Source of the DNA: Candidatus Liberimonas magnetica
Lineage (GTDB): Bacteria > Elusimicrobiota > Endomicrobiia > Endomicrobiales > JAFGIL01
Assembly: GCA_020523885.1 (NCBI GenBank)
Contig: JAJAPY010000019.1
Coordinates: forward strand, 586 to 64,585
DNA: 64,000 nt
Direction of reading: 5' to 3'
Shown: in pieces, positions 1 through 8,210 of the stretch
Layout of the letters: each line of letters starts with the position of its first letter
Numbering within the stretch: position 1 is the stretch's first letter
The notes under the pieces: generated by a model
The model's database searches: none
The model's input: only the letters and a program-made list of their open reading frames with translations
Told to the model about the DNA's origin: nothing
Position numbers and translations under genes: made by a program

Positions 1-710
1 AAAAAGATCTGAATAAAGCCTATGAAAAGGCTGTATCGGCAAAACTTCAGTGTTTTGGGGTTGTAACGAGCGGGCATGGGCTTTCAAGCCCGGAAATAGA
101 CCGGGTATGTTCGTTTTTGTCAAAGAACAAAAGAAAGAATTTAAAGCTGAGCACCTCTCTTGGGATAATTGAAAAAAAAGACCTTAAAAAATTAAAACAA
201 AACGGGGCTTCGCGCTTTCATCATAATTTAGAGACCTCAGAAAGTTTTTTTCCAAAAATATGCACTACGCATGAATACAGCCAAAGGGTAAATACGGTTA
301 AAAACGCCAGGGAAGCCGGACTTGAGGTTTGTTCAGGAGGCATATTCGGCCTTGGAGAAGGGTTTAATGAAAGGCTGGAACTCGCTTTCACATTACGAGG
401 CCTTGACGTAGATTCTGTGCCGCTAAATTTTCTAAACCCTATCAAGGGGACGCCGCTTGAAACACGGCCGAGGCTGAAAGCCCTTGATGCCTTAAGGATA
501 ATCTCTATATACCGCTTTATCCTGCCGGATAAAGATATAAGCGTATGCGGAGGAAGGGAAATAACATTAGGAGACCTCCAGTCCTTTATTTTTTATGCGG
601 GAGCAAACGCAATGATGGTAGGCGACTATCTCACTACGCAGGGAAGGCCCCTTAAAAAAGACCTCAAGATGATACATGACCTGGGGCTTAAAATATACTT
701 TAATGAATAA
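1..710 (+). CDS. bioB: biotin synthase, C-terminal part (5' end outside window)
   Basis: Frame is open from base 3 with no start codon. CFGVVTSGHG, CSGGIFGLGE and NFLNPIKGTPL are typical of radical-SAM BioB. Lies in a cluster with bioF/bioD/bioA. Confidence 0.85.
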   Translation, partial: KDLNKAYEKAVSAKLQCFGVVTSGHGLSSPEIDRVCSFLSKNKRKNLKLSTSLGIIEKKDLKKLKQNGASRFHHNLETSESFFPKICTTHEYSQRVNTVKNAREAGLEVCSGGIFGLGEGFNERLELAFTLRGLDVDSVPLNFLNPIKGTPLETRPRLKALDALRIISIYRFILPDKDISVCGGREITLGDLQSFIFYAGANAMMVGDYLTTQGRPLKKDLKMIHDLGLKIYFNE

Positions 711-1431
711 AGAAATTGTATTGATTACAGGAGCGTCACGCGGGATAGGTGCAAGGCTGGCTCTTGAGTTTGCGTCTTCCGGATACTTTGTTATAATAAA
801 CTTCTTAAAAGAGGATGAAAAAGCTTCTGAAGTATTAAAAAAAATTAAGGCTCAAGGTGCAGAGGCCCAAACCGTAAAAGCCGATATTTCCGATCCGGTA
901 CAAGTTAGGAATATGGTAAGAGATATCGTCAAAAGCCGCGGCAGGATAGATGTCCTGGTAAATAATGCAGGGATCACAAAGAACAGGACGATCGCAAAAA
1001 TGTCAGAAACAGAGTGGGATGACGTAATAAGGACGGACTTAAGCGCTGTTTTTTACCTTACAAGAGAATGCTCTAAGATAATGATAAAGAACAAAAGCGG
1101 TTCTATCATAAACATCTCGTCTATTATCGGTTTAAGAGGCCAATTCGGGACAGGGAACTATTCAAGCGCAAAAGCAGGTGTGATAAGCCTTACAAAATCA
1201 TCCGCAAAAGAACTGGGAAGGTTTAAAGTAAGGGTAAATGCGGTCCTGCCGGGTTATCATTTGACAGATATGGGGCAAAACTCGACAAAAGATTATTTGG
1301 ATAAAGTAAAACAGGAAAGCGTACTTTCCGAAACGACCGACATTGACGAGCTTTCCAGGTTCATAGTTTTTCTTTCAAAAATCAAAACTGTTTCCGGCCA
1401 GGTATTTAACTGGGATTCAAGAGTAATTTAA
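703..1431 (+). CDS. short-chain dehydrogenase, 3-oxoacyl-ACP reductase (FabG)-like
   Basis: TGASRGIG cofactor motif, NNAG, and YSSAK (YxxxK) catalytic motif. ATG at 703 overlaps the bioB stop (ATGAATAA). The ORF track also allows a start at 676. Confidence 0.75.
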   Translation: MNKEIVLITGASRGIGARLALEFASSGYFVIINFLKEDEKASEVLKKIKAQGAEAQTVKADISDPVQVRNMVRDIVKSRGRIDVLVNNAGITKNRTIAKMSETEWDDVIRTDLSAVFYLTRECSKIMIKNKSGSIINISSIIGLRGQFGTGNYSSAKAGVISLTKSSAKELGRFKVRVNAVLPGYHLTDMGQNSTKDYLDKVKQESVLSETTDIDELSRFIVFLSKIKTVSGQVFNWDSRVI

Positions 1432-1518
1432 TAGCGTACAGCGGATAGCGTTTAGCGTATAGAATTTCAAAGTCTCTAAGGTGTTAGATTTTACTATACG
1501 CTATACGCTCCACGCTAC
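1432..1518. repeat. long imperfect hairpin built from AGCGTA-type words (family copy 1)
   Basis: Left arm tagcgtacagcggatagcgtttagcgtatag, right arm ctatacgctatacgctccacgctac, about 31-nt loop. Lies between two co-oriented genes. Confidence 0.6.
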
Positions 1519-1532
1519 AATAAAAGGACATT

Positions 1533-2651
1533 ATGAACAAAGTCGTGGTTACAGGTATAGGCCTTGTTACGCCGCTTGGTTTTGGGTTGGAAAACAGTTG
1601 GAAAAACCTGCTTGAAAGCCGGAGTGCGGTAAAGCCTGACAAAGAGTACCACGGGATCCTTTCTGCAAGGATAAATAACCTTACGGTGCCGGATGAAGTC
1701 CGGCTTGTGTCGCTCGCTTTTTTAGCAGCAAGCGAAGCAATGAAAGAAAGTGACCCTGAAACTTATGAGAAATTCGGCTGTACCGTAAGCATAAGCAAAC
1801 CCAACCTTGCTACATCAAAGTCAAACGAGCTGCGGTTTTCAGACATATTCCTTCAATCAACGGTCAATGAACAGTTATGCAGGATTTTTAAATTGCAGGG
1901 GCCGACCAGGAACATAGTAGCCGCGTGTGCCACAGGAACTGACTCGGTTATTCTGGGTGCTGAATGGATAAAACACGGCATTTGCGATATGGTGCTTGCC
2001 GGTTCGTGCGAATCGTCTTTTCATCCGCTGTACATCGCGGGTTTTAAGCAGATGGGTGTCCTTGCAAAAAATAAAGTCTGCCCTTTTGACAAAGAAAGGG
2101 AAGGTTTTGCAGTAGGCGAAGGCGCAGGGATATTGGTCCTTGAAAGAAAAGACAGGGCTCTCCTTCGCGGAGCGAGAATTTACGGAGAAATACTCGGGTA
2201 TTCAATGTCGAACGGTGCTGTTAATCCCGTAAGTTTTGACCCGGCGGGGAATGTTATCTCCCAAAGTATCCGGCAGGCCCTTGAAAAAGCTAATTTTGTA
2301 AATCTCGATTATATAAATGCACACGGCACGGCTACAAAACTAAATGACCTCATAGAAACAAGGGCAATAAAAAATGTTTTTAAAGACAGCGCAAAAAATA
2401 TATCCGTTTCATCCACAAAAGCTGCTACAGGCCATCTCCTTGGCGCTTCAGGCGCGATAGAGCTTGTCTTTTGCTTCTTAGCGATAAGAGATAAAATGAT
2501 ACCGCCGACATTGAATTTAGACACCCCGGACCCAGAATGTGACCTTGATTATACCCCAAACAAAGCAAGAAATAAGCTGATACGAACAGCGATGTCTCTA
2601 TCCTTTGGTTTTGGCGGGCAAATTGGGGTTATAATAGTAGGGAATAATTAA
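1533..2651 (+). CDS. beta-ketoacyl-ACP synthase II (FabF/FabB)-like condensing enzyme
   Basis: Cys-His-His triad motifs are present: AACATGTDS, NAHGTAT, GHLLGASG. At 372 aa it is shorter than typical FabF. Confidence 0.8.
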   Translation: MNKVVVTGIGLVTPLGFGLENSWKNLLESRSAVKPDKEYHGILSARINNLTVPDEVRLVSLAFLAASEAMKESDPETYEKFGCTVSISKPNLATSKSNELRFSDIFLQSTVNEQLCRIFKLQGPTRNIVAACATGTDSVILGAEWIKHGICDMVLAGSCESSFHPLYIAGFKQMGVLAKNKVCPFDKEREGFAVGEGAGILVLERKDRALLRGARIYGEILGYSMSNGAVNPVSFDPAGNVISQSIRQALEKANFVNLDYINAHGTATKLNDLIETRAIKNVFKDSAKNISVSSTKAATGHLLGASGAIELVFCFLAIRDKMIPPTLNLDTPDPECDLDYTPNKARNKLIRTAMSLSFGFGGQIGVIIVGNN

Positions 2652-2683
2652 AAGAACCAGCTGTTACCGATGCGGGATCGGTA

Positions 2684-4390
2684 ATGGCTGTTAAGGAGTG
2701 GTTACAGTTGAAAAATCGTATATTTTGGATTATTGTTTTATTGGCAATTATTATAAGGCTGCTTTACTTTTTCCAGATAAAAGACCACTTTTTGTTTAAA
2801 CAGCCTATACTTGATGCGAAATATTATCATACCTGGGCTCTTGAAATAGCAGGCGGCGACTGGCTTGGCAAGTCCCGGGGAGTTTTCATGATGAGCCCGG
2901 GCTATTCGTATTTTCTCGGGGCAATTTACAGGGTTTTCGGGCCGAATATCCCTTTTGTAGTCCTATTCCAGTTCTTATTAAGTGTCTTGACCGGGTTGAT
3001 TATTTTTAAAATAGGGGAAAAGCTTTTTTCAAGGACAGCCGGGGTTTTAGGCATGTCCTTCTATCTTTTTTATTCTATTTCGATATTTTACGAAAGCACG
3101 CTTTTAAAAACAACCCTTATAAATTTTGTAAATATGCTCGGCATTTATCTTATTATCGCAGGAGGCCTTGTAAACTGCCTCGTGTCCGGTATCCTGCTGG
3201 GTTTTTCCGTTCATCTCCGGCCGAATATCCTGATCTTCCTGCCGTTTGCTGGCCTATATATCCTTAAGGATAAGAAATTTAAACCGTCTCTTGTTTTTAT
3301 ATTAGGGGTGTTATTAATTCTTTTTCCTGTAGCATGGCGGAACCTGAAAGTAGGCGGGGAATTTGTTTTTTCCACGGCGCACGGAGGGATGAACTTTTAT
3401 ACAGGAAATTCCTCGTTTTGTAAAGGGCCCTATACGCCGCTTCCTTTTGCAAGAACTGATCCTGAAGTTGAGCAGTCTGATTTTATGCAGGAAGCTAACA
3501 GGCGTTCAGGGCTTAATTTAACCCCTGCGCAGTCTTCTTCTTTCTGGTACAAAGAGTCTTTTAAGTACATAGAAAACCATTTCTCCGAGTGGTTTAACCT
3601 CGTAGCAAAGAAGACGCTTATTTTTATTAATTCGTATGAACCGCCGATAAATCTTGACTACTACTTTTTCAAAAATGAATATAAATCCATACTTTCCGTC
3701 CCAATGTTAGGTTTCGGTATAGTATTGCCGCTTGCGGTAATAGGGCTTATTTTCAGCCCTTACAACTTTCTTCTTTTAGCATATCTATTGGTTTACTTTG
3801 CTTCCAGCGTGATATTCTTTGTAGTTTCCGAATACAGGTTCCCAATAGTTCCTGTCCTTTGTGTCTATGCGGGTTTTGGTATAGGGTATCTCATTAATTT
3901 ATACAGAAAAGGGTCACCTTTAAAACTATATTTAACGTTTTTTATGCTGATATTTCTTTTTTGGCTTGTAAATAAAGATATATATTCAGATGTTTTTGGT
4001 TTCCCGAAATATAAACGGGCAAACCTGGCAAATTCATATTTCGGCTTAGGTGTAACCTATGAAGACCAGGGATTGGTCAAGGAAGCGGTCGAAACTTATA
4101 AAAAAGCCATTGATATAATGCCTCAATCCGGGCCTATGGTCAATCTGGCAAATATATATGAAAAACAGGGCGACCTGGACGGTGCCCAGAAAATATATGA
4201 AGCGGCTATAAGAAATAACCCAAATTCCAGCGAAGCCTTTAACAACCTTGGAAGCGTACTGTTTAAAAAAGGAAAATATGAAGACTCTATAAAGTGTTTT
4301 AAACAAGCCCTGATGTTAAACCCTTATTTTGAACAGGCAGGAAAAAATTTAGCTATACTAGAAGATGTTATAAAGAAGAAATCAAAATGA
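2684..4390 (+). CDS. polytopic membrane protein, GT39/ArnT-like glycosyltransferase fold with C-terminal TPR repeats
   Basis: Many hydrophobic segments over roughly the first 430 aa, an early loop LDAKYYHTWA, and at least three C-terminal TPR units (e.g. NLANIYEKQGDLDGAQKIYEAAIRNNPN). The family assignment is from memory of the architecture. Confidence 0.55.
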   Translation: MAVKEWLQLKNRIFWIIVLLAIIIRLLYFFQIKDHFLFKQPILDAKYYHTWALEIAGGDWLGKSRGVFMMSPGYSYFLGAIYRVFGPNIPFVVLFQFLLSVLTGLIIFKIGEKLFSRTAGVLGMSFYLFYSISIFYESTLLKTTLINFVNMLGIYLIIAGGLVNCLVSGILLGFSVHLRPNILIFLPFAGLYILKDKKFKPSLVFILGVLLILFPVAWRNLKVGGEFVFSTAHGGMNFYTGNSSFCKGPYTPLPFARTDPEVEQSDFMQEANRRSGLNLTPAQSSSFWYKESFKYIENHFSEWFNLVAKKTLIFINSYEPPINLDYYFFKNEYKSILSVPMLGFGIVLPLAVIGLIFSPYNFLLLAYLLVYFASSVIFFVVSEYRFPIVPVLCVYAGFGIGYLINLYRKGSPLKLYLTFFMLIFLFWLVNKDIYSDVFGFPKYKRANLANSYFGLGVTYEDQGLVKEAVETYKKAIDIMPQSGPMVNLANIYEKQGDLDGAQKIYEAAIRNNPNSSEAFNNLGSVLFKKGKYEDSIKCFKQALMLNPYFEQAGKNLAILEDVIKKKSK

Positions 4391-4413
4391 ATACTTATTG
4401 ACATGACTCATCT

Positions 4414-4490
4414 GTCATTGTGAGGGAGCATGGCGACCAAAGCAATCTATCGAATTTACACCGAGATTGCTTCGCTTCGCTCGCAATGAC
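4414..4490. repeat. GTCAT-type imperfect inverted repeat
   Basis: gtcattgtgag...aagcaatc (4414-4447) against gattgcttcgcttcgctcgcaatgac (4465-4490). Lies just after the stop of the upstream gene. Confidence 0.6.
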
Positions 4491-4544
4491 GGCTTTATAA
4501 TGTTCTCAAGTCGAACTATGTAAATAGGCAACTAAAATAATAAC

Positions 4545-5708
4545 ATGAAAAAAGAATTGACAAACGAACTTGAGGTCTTAAAAGAAAAAGGGCTTTACAG
4601 AAGCCTAAAGATCATATCTTCATATTCCGAAAAAGAGATTGTAATAGACGGGATAAAATATATGAATTTCTCATCTAACAACTATCTCGGGATGTCCCTG
4701 CGTCCTGAAGTAAAAAAGGCAGCTATAGATGCTATAAACAAGTACGGCTGCGGCGGCACCTCATCGCGGCTTATCTGCGGGACATTAGACGTTCATAAAG
4801 AGCTGGAAGAAAAGCTCGCCAGGCTAAAGTCCAAAGAAGCATCCCTTGTTTTTCCGAGCGGTTTTTCAACTAATCAGGGGATAATAAGCACTCTATTTTC
4901 AAGCGGCGACGCAATAATAATGGACAAACTTAACCATGCTTCCCTGTGGGACGGGGCAAGTTTGAGCAAGGCAAGGATATTCATTTACGAGCACAAAGAT
5001 ATGGAGTCTTTGGAGAAAATTTTAAAACGCGCGCAAAGCTATAAAAAGCGTTTGATAGTTACAGATACTGTTTTTTCTATGGACGGCGACCTTGCACCTC
5101 TTAAAGAAATAGCTTATCTTGCAAAAAAATATAGTGCCGTAACAATGATCGATGAAGCTCATGCCACGGGTGTGTTCGGGGAAAAAGGAAGCGGGCTTGC
5201 AGAAGAATTAGGAGTTGAAAAAGAAATAGATATCGTAATGGGCACGCTTTCAAAAGCCATAGGTTCTTCCGGCGGGTTTGTCTGCGCGGATAAAGAGACA
5301 ATAGAATATCTGATAAATAAAAGCCGCGCATTCATTTATACGACATCGCTTGCGCCTGCAAGCGTTTGCTCTGCTATAAAGGCCCTTGAGATAATAGAAA
5401 GAGAACCGGAAAAAAGAAAGAAACTGCTTGAAAATGCAAAGTATTTAAAAAATAATCTTAATGCCCTGGGTTTTGATACTTTAGAATCAGAAAGCCAGAT
5501 AATACCTCTTTTTACAGGCGAAGTAAGTAAAACCCTGGAGATTTCGTCAAAGCTTATGGATGCCGGGATATATGTCCCTGCCATAAGGCCGCCTACCGTA
5601 GCCGAAGGTAGATGCAGGCTGAGGTTTTCCCTGACAAGCCAGCATAGTAAAGAGGATATAGATAAATTGATTGAAACAATAAAGACAGAGTTAAAATTAA
5701 GAAAATAA
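4545..5708 (+). CDS. bioF: 8-amino-7-oxononanoate synthase
   Basis: PLP-dependent acyltransferase motifs DEAHATGVFG and GTLSKAIGSSGG (Lys), about 387 aa, in biotin-cluster context. Confidence 0.85.
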   Translation: MKKELTNELEVLKEKGLYRSLKIISSYSEKEIVIDGIKYMNFSSNNYLGMSLRPEVKKAAIDAINKYGCGGTSSRLICGTLDVHKELEEKLARLKSKEASLVFPSGFSTNQGIISTLFSSGDAIIMDKLNHASLWDGASLSKARIFIYEHKDMESLEKILKRAQSYKKRLIVTDTVFSMDGDLAPLKEIAYLAKKYSAVTMIDEAHATGVFGEKGSGLAEELGVEKEIDIVMGTLSKAIGSSGGFVCADKETIEYLINKSRAFIYTTSLAPASVCSAIKALEIIEREPEKRKKLLENAKYLKNNLNALGFDTLESESQIIPLFTGEVSKTLEISSKLMDAGIYVPAIRPPTVAEGRCRLRFSLTSQHSKEDIDKLIETIKTELKLRK

Positions 5709-5728
5709 GATATGATGTAAAAAAGGGT

Positions 5729-5757
5729 GTCATTCCCGAAATTAGTAATCGGGAATC
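5729..5757. repeat. GTCAT-type hairpin
   Basis: gtcATTCCCGAaattagtaaTCGGGAATc: 8-bp stem, 9-nt loop, 21 nt after the bioF stop. Confidence 0.6.
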
Positions 5758-5761
5758 TAAA

Positions 5762-5790
5762 AATAAGTAAAGCAAGTAAAGCCAGGCACG
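5762..5790 (+). repeat. shared module M3 (aataagtaaagcaagtaaagcc...)
   Basis: The first 22 nt are identical, and about 27 of 29 overall, to the reverse complement of 32625-32654. A degenerate third copy sits near 31202-31224. Confidence 0.6.
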
Positions 5791-5925
5791 TAAATCCGTA
5801 AATAGAGTTAGTGTAGTTAGAGAAGCCTGACGTGGAAATCAAGCAATGTTTATAAAAATTATTATTATCCTAGCAGTAAACCTATTTTCTATATTTATAC
5901 CTTCAAATAAAAAACTAAATCACTT

Positions 5926-5970
5926 AATTCGAGGGACACAATACATAATTCTGAATAATATTCCAGCAAG
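5926..5970 (+). repeat. 45-bp direct repeat, copy 1 (left flank of Fic cassette)
   Basis: aattcgagggacaCaatacataattctGaataaTattccagcaag matches 7125-7169 at 42 of 45 positions. Confidence 0.85.
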
Positions 5971-6049
5971 TAGAAGGGGAGTTAGGTAATAAGGTATTTG
6001 GAAAAAATGGGAAATGTTTTCAATGGTTACGAAATCGTAAGGAGGTAAA

Positions 6050-7084
6050 ATGAATTCCTTAAAGAACGATAAAATTAAGTTGCCTCTGGGGTCTGTGTGG
6101 CTGATGAATTCCGTTGCCGAGTACAAGGGTAAGCAGGAGCTGTATGATAAACAATCACCGCAGGTTTTGAAATCATTGCTGGAAATGGCACTTATTCAAA
6201 GTGCGGAATCGTCCAACCGTATTGAAGGAATAACTGTTGAAAAGAACCGCCTGAAATCTTTGGTTCTTGGCCACAGCAAGCCTCGGGACCGCTCGGAAAC
6301 AGAGGTTGCCGGGTACAGGAATGCTCTTAACTTGATTCACAAAAAGCATGATAGCCTGCGAATAACACCTGAAACGATACAGGAATTGCACCGGCTCAGC
6401 CATGCCAATGCATAGGATGCAGGGAAATGGAAAGAAAGAGATAATGATATTATTCGCAAACATTCAGACGGCAGAATGGAAGTCATTTTTAAGCCGGTGA
6501 GCGCCGCAAAAACTCCGGAAATGATGGAGCAATTATGCCGTGCGTATGAAAATAGCATAGACCAACTTCGCTATCCCGATATGTATGCCATAGCCTGCCT
6601 GGTTCTTGATTTTTTAAGTATTCATCCGTTTCGGGACGGCAACGGCAGAGTATCACGGCTTTTGACATTGCTTGTGTTGTATCAGCATGGGTATAAAGTC
6701 GGAAAATATATAAGCATTGAACGGATAATAGAACAATCCAAAGAAACATATTATGAAGCTCTTAATAAGAGTTCTAAAAACTGGCATGAGGCAAAACACG
6801 ATATATTCCCCTGGTTTAATTATTTTCTGGGAACTATATTGTCCGCGTATAAGGAATTTGAAGAGCGTGCCGGCAAAATAAAAGCCGCTAAAGGGGCGAA
6901 AACAGGTATTATTGTTAAGGCTGTTGAAAGCCAGCATGGAGAATTTTCTATATCCGACATCGAGAGCGAAAGCCCGGGCGTCAGCCGGATCATGATAAAG
7001 AAAGTCCTGCATCAGTTAAGCAAAGAAAAGAAAATTAAATCCCTTGGAAAGGGACAAGCAGCCAAATGGAAGAGAATGGTATAA
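6050..7084 (+). pseudogene. Fic/DOC-family AMP transferase interrupted by one in-frame TAG
   Basis: ORFs 6050-6415 and 6476-7084 are in the same frame, separated only by TAG at 6413-6415. HPFRDGNGRVSR Fic motif lies downstream, SNRIEG inhibitory-helix motif upstream. Coding sense continues across the stop (DAGKWKERDNDII). Confidence 0.75.
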
Positions 7085-7124
7085 CAGTAGTGTCATTGGT
7101 ATAATGAATGGTATATTATAAGTG

Positions 7125-7169
7125 AATTCGAGGGACAGAATACATAATTCTAAATAAAATTCCAGCAAG
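7125..7169 (+). repeat. 45-bp direct repeat, copy 2 (right flank of Fic cassette)
   Basis: aattcgagggacaGaatacataattctAaataaAattccagcaag, 42 of 45 identical to 5926-5970. Confidence 0.85.
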
Positions 7170-7200
7170 AAAACACGCCTTGTTAAATGAACTAAAAATT

Positions 7201-7566
7201 ATGAATGAATATCCAAAAAAATCAGGATAAAATTGAAAGAACTTGCAGGGTTATCTTAGTCAAAGAGAACTTGATGCAGGGTTGAAATTGTTACATGAAA
7301 AATTTAATGATTGGGAGAAGGGAAAAATTGATTGTTTTGAATTAAATGAATATATACATAAATTCCATAATAGTGTATCACGTGAAATCTGGAAAAAGTA
7401 TAACCAGCCTAAAACTGGTAATTGGGGACATACAACGTTGTTTGATAATACGATATTCAAAAGTATTATATGCCATATTCAATATTGTATTTGGAAAATG
7501 GAACGGGGGGGGAAGACAGTTAAAAAGAAGAAGCAGCCTCTGCGTATACAAATAAGAAGGGTTTAA
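7201..7566 (+). pseudogene. decayed XRE-family HTH gene fused in frame to repeat-derived sequence
   Basis: Frame A gives GYLSQRELDAGLKLLHEKFNDWEKGK, with XRE HTH spacing (LSQxEL-13 aa-WExGK). Helix 1 (IRIKLKELAG) is in another frame after an A7 tract, and ATG 7201 is followed by two in-frame stops. The 3' half overlaps repeat module M2. Confidence 0.4.
7435..7469 (+). repeat. shared module M2, copy 1
   Basis: acgttgtttgataatacgatattCaaaagTattat is identical to 31155-31189 at 33 of 35 positions. Confidence 0.75.
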
Positions 7567-7571
7567 AAGAA

Positions 7572-8210
7572 ATGAATAAAGGAATATTTATCACGGCAAC
7601 CGATACTGAGGTGGGGAAGACTTACATTTCCTGCCTGCTTGCACAGGAGCTTGTAAAAGGGAAATGTAAAGTCGTAGGAATGAAACCTGTTTCTGCGGGG
7701 TCAAGAGATGACGCAAAAAAGCTTATTAAGGCTTCCGGTGTTAAAGAAAAGATAGAAACAGTAAATCCGCTGTTTTTTAAGTACCCGCTTGCCCCGTATG
7801 CCTCGGCGCTTATTGAGAATAGGAAAATAGACCTGTCTTTGGTCTGGAAAAACTATAAAGAACTTTCAACAAAATATGAGTTTATGATAGTTGAAGGTAT
7901 TGGCGGTTTAATGGTGCCGGTCAAAAAGGATTATTATGTGCTTGATCTGATAAAGGGTTTTAAGCTTCCGGTACTTATAGTTGCAAGGCCGGGCCTTGGG
8001 ACTATCAATCATGTTCTTCTGACCCTAGAGGCACTAAAGAAAGCAGGTGTTAAGGTTTTAGGTATAGTAATTAATGACAAAAAAAGACACAGTCTTTCTG
8101 AAAAAACAAATCCAAAAACATTAAAATCTTTGACCGGGCTTCCTGTCCTTGAAGTCCCGCATAATAAAAAAATAGATTTAAAAAGGAACAAATGGCTGAC
8201 AGGGCAATAA
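7572..8210 (+). CDS. bioD: dethiobiotin synthetase
   Basis: N-terminal TDTEVGKT P-loop, VEGIGGLMVP, about 212 aa; overlaps the bioA start. Confidence 0.85.
   Translation: MNKGIFITATDTEVGKTYISCLLAQELVKGKCKVVGMKPVSAGSRDDAKKLIKASGVKEKIETVNPLFFKYPLAPYASALIENRKIDLSLVWKNYKELSTKYEFMIVEGIGGLMVPVKKDYYVLDLIKGFKLPVLIVARPGLGTINHVLLTLEALKKAGVKVLGIVINDKKRHSLSEKTNPKTLKSLTGLPVLEVPHNKKIDLKRNKWLTGQ

Noticed and set aside
6413-6415. TAG in Fic as programmed recoding (pyrrolysine or suppression)
   Set aside because: TAG ends other genes here (for example bioA at 9641-9643). No pyl genes or downstream recoding structure are seen, and the adjacent XRE gene is also decayed, which favours a nonsense mutation.
5926-7169. 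The 45-bp direct repeats as integron attC sites (GTTAGGT and GTTAAAT occur 14-15 nt after each copy)
   Set aside because: I found no inverse core site or R''/L''-L'/R' hairpin architecture, and no intI-like integrase in the window. GTTRRRY is expected by chance in AT-rich DNA. I kept only the neutral description of a repeat-bracketed cassette.
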